Source of the DNA: Callorhinchus milii
Lineage: Eukaryota
Assembly (NCBI RefSeq): GCF_018977255.1
Contig: NW_024704742.1
Span: forward strand, 103,108,001 to 103,172,000
Direction: 5' to 3'
DNA length: 64,000 bases
In this document: positions 27,101 to 40,300 of the stretch, piece after piece
Layout of the letters: every line of letters starts with the position of its first letter
Numbering within the stretch: the stretch's first letter is position 1
The notes under the pieces: generated by a model
The model's input: only the letters and a program-made list of their open reading frames with translations
Databases searched by the model: none
Told to the model about the DNA's origin: nothing
Made by a program: the position numbers and the translations under genes

Positions 27101-27424
27101 TCATAGAATCATAGAATTATACAGCACAGAAGGAGGCTATTTGGCCCATCGTGTCTGTGCCGGCTCTTTTAAAAGAGCTATCCAAATCAATCCCACTCCC
27201 CTGCGCTCTCCCCATAGCCCTGCAAACTTGTCCTCCTCAAATAATTTTCTACTTCTCTCTTAAAAGTTGTTATCGAATTGGCTTCCACCACCCTTACAGG
27301 CAATGCATTCCAGATCCGAACAACTCGCTGAGTGAAAAAAAACTTCTCACCTCTGTCTCTTTTAACAACTATTTTAAATCGGTGTCCTCAGGTTACCAAC
27401 CCACCCACCAGTGGAAATAACTTC
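27101..27424 (-). mobile_element. CR1 LINE 3' end
   Basis: Homologous to 34418-34776; catagaat repeats. Confidence 0.88.
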
Positions 27425-29837
27425 AGAGTTCAGCACATAGTGCACCGGAAGTGATGGTGATGGAAACTTGATGATTCGTTTTTTTTTTAAGTGCTCAGGA
27501 AGCCGCCTGTATGTTCCAGCCAACAGGGTACAGACTTATAGCAAACATAATAATGGGCACCTTATAACAAGGTTCTACTGTACTTATCCAGCCAAGAACT
27601 GTTAAGGATTCACTCCCAGAGTTATTATTAATAATAATGCTTACATCTGAGACTACTCTGCATGAAGGGGCTATATAAATACAAGTAGTTGTAGGCCTTC
27701 ATTGCATTTGATATAGCTCCTTATCACATTGTCAAGAAGTCTCAAAGCACTTTGCAGGTTTTTATTTTCAAATGTAATGATGGTATATTTGTAGGTGAAT
27801 GTTTAGGATATGTCTACAGTTCCAAGTTGCACTGATGAGCCAAACCAACAGAACAACCTTCAAAAATGCTTTAATTACTGCAGATCTATCCGGTCAGTTC
27901 GGCTGCTGAAAGGCAAGGCTTGCTTCCCCAAAAAAGTATAATTTTTACATAGAATATTCCTTTTATCGAACTGGAAAGGTGAAGGGCTGAGTGGGTCTAC
28001 AATGACTGGAAATCAGAGCCCTCTGGTGTTTGGTGTTCAACTTACTGAACAATATTCTCCCTAGAAAATATATTAAACTACCAAAAATGGTACCGCTAAT
28101 AGTCCAAGACAATACATTGCACCCAAATTTAAAACAGAATAAAACAGCCAGTCAAATCAACATTCATAATGCAAAGTGTTTTTGTCTCTGTAAAAAATAC
28201 AGGATGTCATAACATATAGGATCACCCTCAAAGGGTACAATAATAATAATCCTTGCATTGATCCAGCACCTTATCACGTCGTTGAGCGGTCTCAAAGTGC
28301 TTCACAGAATATATTGTAAAGTAGATAGGACTGTGTATTTTGTGGGCGAAATGTGGCAGCCAATTGCACACAGCAGGGTCCCACAAACAATCATAGTGAC
28401 CAATTTTTTTATTGAGGGATTATTACCCCTAGAAAGCGATCCGCCAATCGACTAACACCAGGTTCCTACCTACTGCTAGGTAACGAGAGGTATGTGGAGT
28501 AAAGAAACTTGCCTAAGGTTTCGCCCCACCCGTAAATCGAACCTGGGTCTTCTCGTTTGCAAGGCAAGCACGCTAACCACTACGCTACAGGGCTCCACAA
28601 TAACCATCGCCTAGGATTACAAAATCATTGAGTTTTAATTTCCAAAGGGTTGGAAAACATCCAGTTTGACATTTTACATGAATAATAAATTCAATTACAA
28701 CCCCCCTGAACTATCTGTTGAGTAAGCAGTGTAAACTATTCAAGCCTAGATAGGTGATAATCAAGAGTTGACAACATGTTTCTGTAGTTTCAGCACAGAA
28801 TGATGTGACTGGAGTGATTTCTAACCAATGTGTAAGAAGCTGCTAAGTCTATCTTGGGCTACTTCCACAAACATCAGACAATACAGAAATGAAATGTTTA
28901 GATATTTTCATTATACAATAGAGTGAAGGTGACCCAGGGTGGCAGTAATTGGCAAGCCTTTCAAATGCAAATTGTGTGTTATATCTTCTTTTGTTGCAGA
29001 TTTCATTTTCTAGTACACAGTTTCCAAATTAAAGCATAGCAAATGAAAGCATAATAAAATATTGCCTAGATGATCTGTAAATATATGCAGCCAAACAATG
29101 GAGATTTTAACTATGATTTTCTGCAATGAGGACTGCAAAACAGCACTACAAACTGGACTTATTAAAACTAAGGCAGAACAAGAACTGTTCAACATCAACA
29201 GCGGATTAAATTTTTTTGACTCTTATGGTGAAGACCGGTTTATTCATTCAGGCATCATTTTTATACATTAATTCTTATATTACTCTGCTAGCAACCTCTT
29301 CCTGTTCTTTCTTATGCATAAAATGCATCAGAAATCAATGCGTCAATCAAAACTCCTGGACTTGGATCAGCGATATTAAAAATAAATGTGGAGCTTTTTA
29401 GTCATTTTTTTCTGGAAATTTGCACAGAAGGAATCAAAGAAGAAATCATGTCAACAAATAAGTTCAAATGCTAGCTTTGCAAGAAAGAAAACAGATTAGA
29501 TTAGCTAAAAATATCAAAATTATTAAAGGCAAAAGATAGCAGTGTTAAGGCTTTAAAATTTTAATTGTATTTTTAAGTGTTTATTTTAGTAACTCAAAGA
29601 TAATATTCAGTCACAAAGCAGCAAAATTATGTAGCACCTTCCATGTCAGAAGGTTGTCTCAAAGCATTTCATGTAAAAGTCACTGGGAGACTGAACTAGG
29701 GGGCGAGCTGAGGAGGCGAGAGGAAAAATGGCCGAAAACAAAGTCGAAGAGATAGGTTTTAAGACAGGTCTTAAGGTGGAGAGGAAGAGACAAATGAGAT
29801 GGCATGCTGGAGAACTGGGGTAGAGAACAGGAGTTGG

Positions 29838-29862
29838 NNNNNNNNNNNNNNNNNNNNNNNNN
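29838..29862. other. Assembly gap (25 N) between oppositely oriented L2 tail fragments
   Basis: N run seen directly. Confidence 0.99.
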
Positions 29863-32800
29863 CCGCTTCAACCGTTCCTTTGGCCACCCTCCTAGCCTCT
29901 CTGCCCTCCACTCTTCCTGATCCCAACACTCCCCCTTCCCTCCCCCCACCCATCCCCGCTGCTCTGGTTCTAGTCCCTGACTGTTCAACACCTTGGGACA
30001 TCCTCCCAACATGAAATACACTTTACAAATGTAATTTTGTATTGTATTGTATTTCAGGGCAATCACAATGCCTGCCTTGTGTGGGCTTCGATAAGTTCTC
30101 TCTCACAAATCACTCTTTGGGGTCTCAATTGCTGTCTGAAGGATTTATAAATCTGGAATGTACCTCACCCCAACTCATTCAAACTCTACTCAGATGTCAA
30201 TCCTATCTGATCTCCAACCAGGCATCGGAAGCCTTAGGCTCCATGATATAAAAAAGCAGGAAAAATGGCCAATTTTCTAGTCACCAGGTCACTGTTATAG
30301 TCACTTCCTACATGTTGCAGTGTTCGTGCAGGCTTCCCATGCCCCTATTATTTAATGGAACCCGCCCTAGAATCAGAAGAAGTGGGAGAGGAATGGAACC
30401 ACAGAAGTGGGGTGGGGAAATCACAGAAATGCGTGGAGTATTTGAAAGTTAGAGCAAGGATCTTAGAGTAAATTTGCTGGGGGATAGGAAGCCATTTGAA
30501 TCGGGTTAGGAAGGGGTGATAGGCTCACAAACCTTCTTTTGGGAAAGGATATGGTCTGTAGAGTTTTGGATGATCTGCAGCTTGTAGTGGGTTGAGCTAG
30601 GAAGAACACTGATGAGAAATTGGAGAAGTTAAATCTGGAGATGACAAAGGAGTGGATGAAGATTTTGGCCATATTAATGTTAAGATAACGGTAGAGGTGG
30701 GGGATATTGCGGAGATGGTAGAAAGAGACTTGGTCAAGGTCTAGATGGAAGGCTTAAATATGCACCGGCAAGACATGTACTGAAATATGGATATGAAATA
30801 CAGATGACTTAAACAGGAAGGTCAGATTTTATGTAGCCCGTATACAGTTAAAGGTGTTAGTTTGTGGATTAATAAAGTGCCCTGCAATTCTGTAGAAAAT
30901 ATTTTATTAGGCATATTTGTAGAGCTCAGTTGTGGTTTACTTGTAACACAATTAGCAACGTTTTCAGAGGAAGTAATTGCCTATTATCTGTTCTGTGATT
31001 CAGCCGTGGAAGTCACACTGTAAAACACATTATGCAAAGTTGCCCAGAAATTTTTGTGTCGTGATGCAGCCACTCACTCTAAAGTGGCTTAATTGCCAGC
31101 ATTTCTATTCAGTATGTTCTCCACTCCTCTACAGGCAGTTGTTTGTGTGTCTGATGCATATGGATGTGTACTTACTGATATACAAAGCATGACTGCCTAC
31201 ATATAATGAACCACAGCATTAATCACGGATTGTGTACATTCTTCACAAACATTAAACACAAATTCATTATTCCTTTTCTTTCATAATAATAATAATAATA
31301 ATAATAATCCTTGCATTTGATATAGCGCTTTTCACGTCAGGAGGACGTCCCAAAGCGCTTCACAGAACACACTGTAAAGTGAATTGACTGTATATTTGTG
31401 GGCGAACAATCTCGTTGACAATAATCAGAATCTTAGTTTTGTGTGCTTTATGCAGTACGTTTTTGGATGTATTGTACAATTCTTTGCTATCAATATGCAA
31501 TATACTATCGGTGGCCATGTCTTCAGCCACTACACTCCAAAACTCTGGAACTCTCACTCAATCCCTCAGCCTTGCCTCCTCCCTCCCTACTTTCAAATCC
31601 CACCTAAAGACCTTCCTTTTTTGATTGTGCTTGAGGTCACCTACCCCCTCCCTCTCCCCCTGTCACACTCTACCACTGACACTACCCCACGTGAAGGGAG
31701 CTACATAAATGCAAGTTGTTGTTGTAGGAGGGGTGGAGTACAAATACCAACACAGACTAGTTGAATTGAATGGCCTGTTTCCATACCTTACCACTCTATG
31801 TAACTCTATGTAGGAATAATATCCAACAATTTCATGGGGAAAATGCCCAGGATGTGCTATACCAAATGCAAGGATAATTATTATTTATATTTATCTTACA
31901 CAAAGTAATCCTGGAAGTGGTACTAGTCTTTACTCTGCATTGTTTGGTGCTGTTTCAGAAAGCGCATTGACTGAATAGAAAGGAACATAACTTTCAGGAG
32001 TTTACTGAGATTTAGTGGAGCTCCGTGGTTACTGTTTACCTAGCAGTAAGTTGGAACCTGGGTTGTTCAAATTTTTAAAAAAATATATAGTGATAATTTT
32101 GTCACTCAATGCATGACTGTTTGTGGGACACTGCTGTGTGCAATAGGCTACCGCATTTCACCCACAAAATATACAGTCAATTCACTTTACAGTATATTCA
32201 GTGAAGCGCTTTTAGACGTCTCGAAGACGTGATAATATCACGTCTATATCAAATGCAAGGATTATTATTATTATTCATCCACTCAGACTTCAGTATCCCT
32301 GTGAATTAAGGAGGCTCAATTTCCAGAAAGATGTACCAAAGTATTCCTTAAGGTCTAACATTGAGGTTAGGAATAAAAATTGTACAGCAAGGTACATTCA
32401 AACTACTTCAAACTTAAATTTTCTTCACTGCTGCTGGAGGCTGTTCTTTATACGCCTGAGACGAAAGCTCTGCTCTGACAGGTCTCTTGCTCACATGTTT
32501 AGCATGGCGATGTCCATCAGCAATTCTTGGTGTCCTAGTCTATAATCTACCATCAAAAATAGAATTTATTTGCCCTTCCCACTTCCTTGAATTTAATGTG
32601 TTTTCCAGCAACTGAGATTAAGTGTGGAATTACTCTTCAAATGCTATGAAAGGTGACTAACCTACCCCAGAGCTCTCTATGATAGGGTCCCGCACCAGAC
32701 TGCATGACCCTATCACCCTTATCCTCACCTGGCTCCACTGGCTGCCTGTCACTCAGAGGATACATTTCAAGATCCTGGTCCTAACATTCAAAGCCCTCCA

Positions 32801-34072
32801 CAGCCTTGTTTCTCCCTACCTCTGTGACCTCCATCCCACAGTCCCTCCGCCTCGCCCCCTTCCTTGCCTATTTCAAGACCCATTTAAGGACCCTCCTCAT
32901 TGACCATGCCTTTGGTCACCGTCCTATCCCCACTGTCCCCACCCTCCACCCCTCCTGATCCCAACCACCAGCTCGGGTGCGGATCCCTGACTTTGGGACA
33001 TCCTCTTGAGGTGAAAGGCGCTATACAAGTATAATTTGTTATTATTGTTGTATATTTACCTTGATCTCATTTTAGTTGAGGCAGGATCATCACTAATTCA
33101 GGTTCGATTTGGACATTACCTCAATCCATCTTAGAGGATATTGTGAACAAATTTCTAAAATGTAAACCAAGGCACTAAAAGTCTCCTTTTCAAAATGAAA
33201 GATGTTTTCCACTTCCAGTCCTGTTTTATGATATGGTTGCATTTGTAACTGTAGCTCGTAGGGTTTTCAATATGTTTTAATCACAGATTTGTGGGAAAGC
33301 AAACTTGATCTATCTTGACCCTCCCACTCACCCAACCCCCCCCATCCCCCCCACCCCCCCATCCTGCTAATTGAGATTCAGACAAAGGTGGTGACCCTGA
33401 TTTGAGAAGCAAACCCCATGTATTAATGAAATCCAACTTTGCCCATTCATACACTACATTTAAAAGAGGAGATTGCAATGCACAGAGTTACCAACAGGCA
33501 GAAGATGGAGACAAACTTATAGTTAATAGTCTGTACAGTGGGTTTGGTGCATGCTGAGCTTCACACAATCACGAGAAAAGTTTGAGTGAAGAAGGCGAAG
33601 GAAAGCCTTTCAGCCCATTTAATCTCATCCTTTCAGAATGCCAAATCTACCATCTTCTTGTTACACCAATCTGTTTCTTACATGCATTTTATGTTGTGAC
33701 ATACAAAAGAGACACTCTCTAGGTTCCCTCAGGAACAAATGAAGAACAAGATCAGGACAGAACGCATATCAGGAACTTGAGTACAGAACAGGCTGGACTC
33801 AAATATAATGGTGGGGGAGCGCTGCAATGTTGGAATTGCTGTCCTTCGTATGAGACGTTAAACCGAGGTCCCATCTGCCTGTTCAGGTGGATGTTAAAGA
33901 TCCTGTGACACTATTCAATAAAGGAAGCAAGTGTCTCTTGGCCAACAATCCCCTAAATAAATTCTGTTTGTGGAATATTGCTATGTGCAAACGGGCTGTC
34001 GTAAATGTCTGCAAGTCACTACACTTGTAAAATTCTGTTAAACATGGCAAGGTAAGATGTTTAATTCTGTTT

Positions 34073-34399
34073 GGAGTCCTGTAGCTCAGTGGTTAGAGCA
34101 CTCGCTTTGCAAGCGAGAGACCTGAGTTCAATTCCAGGCAGAGGGCGAAACCTTGGGCAAGTTTCCTTACTCCACACAGAGCCTAATAATAATCCCTCCA
34201 AAACAAAACAATATTAAATTGGTCATTTCAATCTACGACTGTTTGTGGGACATTGCTGTGCGCAATTGGCTGCCGCGTTCGCCCACAAATGTACAGTCAA
34301 TTCACTTTACAGTGTGTTCTGTGAAGCGCTTTGGGACGTCCTCCCGACGTGAAAAGCGCTATATCAAATGCAAGGATTATTATTATTATTATTATTATT
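34073..34399 (+). mobile_element. Full-length tRNA(Ala)-derived SINE with an L2-type tail
   Basis: A-box TAGCTCAGTGG, anticodon arm CTCGC-tttgcaa-GCGAG (TGC), B-box GTTCAATTC, (TTA)n tail. Many further copies, e.g. ~8125-8492(-), 23917-24234(-), 28240-28598(-), 38105-38407(+), 59340-59702(-), 60131-60700(+). Confidence 0.9.
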
Positions 34400-34417
34400 A
34401 CATGAAAGGCTCTATAT

Positions 34418-34776
34418 CATAGAATCATAGAATGTTACGGCACAGAAGGAGGCCATTCAGCCCATCGAGTCTGTGCCGGCCCTTTGACAGAGCAACTGAC
34501 TTTTATTAACCCCACTCACCAGCTTTCTCCCCATAACCCTGCAAACCTGTCTTCTCCAGATACCTATCCAGTTCTCTCTTAAAAGCTGTTATTGAATCGG
34601 ACTTCACTGCCCTTTCAGGCAGATCATTCCAAATTCTAACAACTCGCTGAGTGAAAAAAATTCTTCTAACCTCCCCTCTGCTTCTTTTGGTAGATATTTT
34701 AAGACTGTGACCACGAGTCACAGACACACCTACCAGCGGAAACAGCTTTTCCCTATCTCGCCTGTTGAAACCTTGC
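34418..34776 (-). mobile_element. CR1 LINE 3' end
   Basis: ORF KLFPLVGVSVTRGHSLK...FFTQRVVRIWNDLP, typical of the CR1 ORF2 C-terminus; (ATTCTATG)n tail. Confidence 0.92.
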
Positions 34777-35939
34777 AAATCAAATGCAATGATTATTTTA
34801 TTTATTCTAACATAAATTCACAATACAGGAAGATGTTTAAAGAGAAATTCTTGCCTTTGTGTTGCCTATTTGCTTTTTATCACACAGTGGTCATGTACCA
34901 TTAGAATGTAGATGGAAGTGAAATATTGGAAATTGAATGCTTGACGGTAATTGAAGAAATAATTCATTGCCGTGGAGTATTATTGACATTTTATCTGAGG
35001 AATGAAAAATTTAATTGTAGTGCAGACTCACTTCAGGACATGTACAGAGCTGATATGGAATGGTTGCTCAACAAAGACAAAAATAAAAAAAGAGGGGAGT
35101 TGAAACCAAATATCTCAACAATATATTGCTTTCAACAAGGCTATAAAGCACTCTAACAAATAACAATGACATTGCCAGACTGTGATACTTGGTAAATTTT
35201 AAAATGCTGCCAAACTGCATGCAAAACTAACTCCTTTTGGACAAGTTTTTTGTACCTGAATATCTTATTATTATTTAGTTTTCTACATCTGACAGGATTG
35301 ATTACCTATTTTCATTAATACACACCATAATTAAATGCTATCTTATGTTTTAAAGTTGGTGCCAGACTGCTCTTTTATAATGCTCTAATAATTATAATCC
35401 TAATATTTGGTATAGCACCTTTCAACATTGGCGGACGGCCATCAGCCATTCTGCACCCACCCTCTGGAACTCCATCCCACAGTCCTTCCACCTCACCCCC
35501 TCCCATGACCCATCACAAGACCCTCCTCTTTGACATTGCCTTTGATCACCCTCCTTCCCCCCCTGCCTTTCACGTTCCGTAATCCCGACCCCCGGCTCGG
35601 GTCCGAAACACTGACTGTCCAGCGCCTTGGGACATCCTCCCGACATGAAAGGTGCTATACAAATGTAATTTTGTTGTTGTTGTTTCACATTAGGAAGATG
35701 TTTCAAAGCCTTTCAGGATACTGTAATGTATCTACCATCTTCTTGTTACACCATTGCTAATGTATAGTGACTGTATGTTTTGGAGGAAAATGAGACAAAC
35801 CAATTTGTGCCAGCAATATCCCAGCCCAAAACAGGCATGAACTGAATGACCAATTTTATTTGGGGGATTCTTGGTCAGGACACCGGGAAATGGGAGTTGG
35901 GACTTGTTGGGGATGGACATGGCACTAAAATCTGAATTA

Positions 35940-36574
35940 CAGTCAAACCTGTTTTTAGCAGCCACTCAGAGGACTGGACCAAAGTAGCCTTTTGTAAGGA
36001 TGGTGTAAGATTCTGTAATTAATGTGTTAAATAATATGTCAAATTATATTTGTAATGTTTATATTTTTGAGATATATGATCAATCTCATATGATGGGAGT
36101 TGGTTGTGATTAGCTTTGCAGAAGAAACAAAAGACTGTTTATAAACAACAAACTGTTCTCAGGTCTTATCAGTCATTTTCTCATGGAAAAATGGTCTGCA
36201 GTCGGAGAGAAATCCTATTGTAACTTTTTACAAAGAAACCATCTTGCAAAAGACAATAAGTGAAAGGTCATCTAACGATCTGTATAAATGGAGATCGATT
36301 CGCAAAGAGAATCAGAAGAAAGAATTGAGGAAGAAGAAGAGTGATCAAATTGGACGAGCCAATAATAGAATTGGACATGCTATTAAATTCACTTGGAACC
36401 TGGCAGCTGAAAAAAGAATGCCCACTGGTTGCATTAGACAGATAGTTGCTGAAGAGAAGTAGTTTATTATTATTATTATGAAAAATCAGTCGGGAAAAAT
36501 CAGTCGGGACCAGGGTGGTTGTTGACAGCAGGTGGTCGCTGAATATAGATGGAATCCTTTAACAGGTTTGACTG
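35940..36574. mobile_element. Non-autonomous Tc1/mariner (Tigger/pogo-like) DNA transposon
   Basis: Perfect 14-bp TIRs CAGTCAAACCTGTT / AACAGGTTTGACTG, each flanked by TA. Confidence 0.8.
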
Positions 36575-36935
36575 TATTTGCATTCAGCTCCTGATAATGG
36601 GTAGAGATAATTCAAGTTTGACAAGCAATGAGAATCTAATTAATATCTTCAAATTGATAGGCTACACAGCTTTAACTGGTTACATTCCTGGTTCAGTGGA
36701 TAGTACTCTCGCCTTTGTCCGAAGGCTACAGATTCAAGCTCGCATCAGGACTTTGAACCCATGATCTAGGCTAATACTCTAATACATTGTGGGGGAGCAC
36801 TGCATTGTTCGAAGTGTCGTTCCTTGACTGAGACACTAAACCGAGCTCTTGTGGACTCACCCATAGCCACCTGGGGCATTCCAGGTGTACAACGTTTTCT
36901 GTTAAGTCAAATCCCAAACTATCTTGTTGTAACAC

Positions 36936-37331
36936 CTATGGTTTATAGAGTGTATGTCTTTGGGGTTCAGAGGTCCTGGGCATGCAGCAGAATAGTTTCC
37001 TTTAGCCCATTTGTGAAGTCCAGGATCAAGCTGTGAGGTGGATTTGAGGTAAAAGGGTAAAGTGGCTGCAGGGAGAGAGCTCTGGCCTTCACTGATCTGC
37101 TGCTCAGCACCCTAAAGCAGAATACTCTTCTTGGCAAGCTGCTCGCATCAGAACTCAGAATAGCCAGTTGGTTTTGACCTGGTACATGGCAGTGAAGGAA
37201 CCTGTACAATATCAATGCAGCTGGCATTATTCACCAGTGTGAGCTGGAATAATGCCTCTTTCATTGTCCTTTCCTGTGAAATGTTCCTACTTTCAGTGTC
37301 TACCACTGACAGACATGAAATTTGGAAATTG
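36936..37331 (-). pseudogene. Possible decayed Ig V-like exon
   Basis: ccccttaaacag acceptor and gtgtta donor; 396 nt, phase 1-1; SEGQSSL, LKSTSQLDPGLHKW and ETILLH fragments. Confidence 0.25.
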
Positions 37332-40300
37332 CTGTTTAAGGGGAAATCATGTGTCCTGGGCACTTTGTTCTACTGTACATTAGAGCACTGATGTCATGCA
37401 TCACCATTTTATTTCAGTAGTGCCCTGAAATTGTTCTCTTCCTTTTCTCTCCTGTTCCTCCTTTCCTGAAAATGGCAGCAGTCCTCCACTAACTTGTACA
37501 AGTGGCCATTCATGGGTGAGTCAAGATGGTGAACGTCAGTTGGTTGTTTAATTGTGGGGGTCATTACATCCAAGTCCACCTCTGTCCTTAGCTGGCAGGA
37601 ACATATGGGTATTTTCATAGAGGTGTCTGACAGCTGATCAGCATGAATCTGAACTGTTTCATTTTTGTTTTTCTCCCTGGCCCAGGGATGTTTAAGTCCT
37701 TGTGCAACTTGGCTGAGTTTGTTTTCTTGTGGCTTAGAACGACACCACAAGTTTGGCCTAAGCCTAAGATATCTTGGCAGGTAATGGGTGATTGTGCAAC
37801 AAGAACATTAACATATAGTACATTTTATGTAGGATAGAGAGAGACTTGAAGCACTTACAAAGCACAGTGAATTATATTGGAATTTTCCAGATGTTTGATA
37901 TTTAATGATCATCAAGTCACAACAAGGGCCGAGGTATCAAGTTTAGCGAGGGAATGATAAACAACACGTTTAGATTCATGCAGATAGGTACATCTTGAAG
38001 AATTGATTTTCACTTTTTATTTTCAGAAACAGAATGAATGTGTTGGTGGGAAAGGGAATGTGGAAGGGGATTTACTGGCTTCTGTGAGAATTTTATAAAA
38101 CACTTGAGTTCTGTAGCTCAGTGGTTAGAGCACTCGCCTATAGCACGCAGCAGGGCAAAACCTTGGGCAAGTTTCTTTACTCCACATGCCTGATAGTAAT
38201 CCCTCAAGAAAAAAAAACAATAATAATAAAAAAAATTGGTCACTTCAATCCACGACAGCTTGTCGGACACCGCTGTGCTCAATTGGCTGCCACATTTCAC
38301 ACACAAATGTACAGTCAGTTCACTTTACAGTATATTCTATGAAGGCTTTGAGACATCTCGACGATGTGAAAAACGCTATATCAAATGCAACGATTATTAT
38401 TATTATAACACTTGAATCGTACAGAGCCTTGGGACGTGTAAGGTGCTATATAAATGCAATTTGTTTTTGTTGTTAACAGATAATAGCAATTAAGTGAAGG
38501 AATGCATTGTGCCTTGTGAAATCAAAACTCAACGAACCTTGAATTTTAAGTATGGTTGACCAGACTTTGCCTCATCCTATTGGAACCATTCTTAAATCTC
38601 CTTGCATGTCAATGAAATATAGATTTGGATTTGATAGTCCAAAGGCTCACATAACTTGCATTCCTTGAATGTTGGTTGAATTGCAATGTGACTAGCCTCT
38701 AGAATCTGCATCACTAGGGCAATGGAGCAAGGAGAAATGAGTGGATATGAACTCCATGTCAGGTTGCATTATTGCTTGATCCTTGTGTTCATGGTGCCTG
38801 AATCCTTTATTCTTTTCTGAACACTTCAAGGGAACAGTTAATGATTGGTCTTAAAAGCTGCTTAGAACCTTTGATTTTACTGGTGTCTGAACATACAGGG
38901 TATAATGGAATGAATATCCTTAAGGTTTTTGACAATAAGCTATTCACCTGTTCTCAAAAACTCTGAACTTAAAGATATTCCTGTAACAAATCACTGTGTG
39001 TTTCTGGATCATATTAGGAATGTAATAATGCTTAATTTTATATCTTCAATCGTATGTGGAAACTGATGGACTGTGCTGTGATAGGGAGCTTTGGGTAATA
39101 AGAGTGAAAGCAATTGGCCATTACCTTGTGTTTTTATTTACCTTTTAGTTCCGTTTCCAGCACAAGGCCTTGCATGTTCATATATTCCAACCACATTCAG
39201 TTTAGAGCTGTGTGATGTTACTTGCGTTATATAAACGTCCACTGTCATCACCATCCTTATTTTAGCCTTGCTTCTGTTTAAGGAGAAGAATCTGCACTGG
39301 AAGAAATAGGCCAGCACATCTAGGTAATTATATTCATTGACTAGAGTGATTAAAATCAGCAAGGGAAGAACGGTAATTGGAAAAAATGTGTAACTGACAG
39401 TTTGGCTGACTATGTGTTGAATTTGCAAAATCATAATGAAGCATAAACACCTTAAAAGCCTGTGATAATTGGAAATTATAGTTTTGAAACCTATCAAATA
39501 AATCATTTTTGTTTATGTGAGAATTTCAGCACTGTTTTGGTTAGTTATTTCATCTATGAATCCTACTGTTGATCAGGTGGAAAATCTCTCACTGTTTGGC
39601 CATTTATGCAATTCTACCACTGCTTGTGAAATGTCAGTTACTTACACTGTGAGCAGTAGTTCTGATATTTACTTTGCTATTACGGAAATTACAGTTTAAA
39701 TATTTGCAAATTAAGTACTTTAGGTCCCAGGAAGTGCTTGATGTATCAATGCATGCTTTGTGCTCTTTCCCTCATTTCCCAGTTTTATGAACCAGTTTTA
39801 TGGTATGTTGATTTTGGACTAAATTAGATTTGTTCCACGTCACTGGAATGGGGTTATATCATTTGTGAGTGTTTTGTTGACTGTGTTTGTTGAACTGTGC
39901 AGTCGTACTTGCCTGTAGCAAGCATGTGTGGGCTGCTGGAATGATGCATTTTCAGGTCCGATCACATGCAACATCTGTTCACATGTTGGTGTAATTGAGG
40001 CGTAAGATTTGATCATTTAAAAAGTGAGTAAAGTGCACTCATCATTTAAAATGTAATCAAACACAACAGTAAAGTCAAGTTGACTCAAGCCTCACTACAG
40101 TGCAACTTATCAATCGCTAAAATCGTTACTTGAACTTTTTTTAAAAAATTCAAGTGGAGTAATAAATTAAAATTTCCACAAACAAAGTAGTTATCTTTTA
40201 CATTGTGGGGAGCAAAAATACTTTCCAGATTATATTCCTCTAAACACACTCTCAAAATGCTTGATCACTTTCGCCCACAAAATATACAGTCAATTCACTT

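Noticed and set aside
31940..31970. FGAVSES as PGGT1B exon 5, and MLDTL at about 18315 as exon 2
   Set aside because: Matches last only a few residues and then break down or hit stops.
34073..34145. tRNA-Ala(TGC)-like genes at SINE heads
   Set aside because: No proper acceptor stem or Pol III terminator, and they continue into SINE bodies; these are SINE heads, not tRNA genes.
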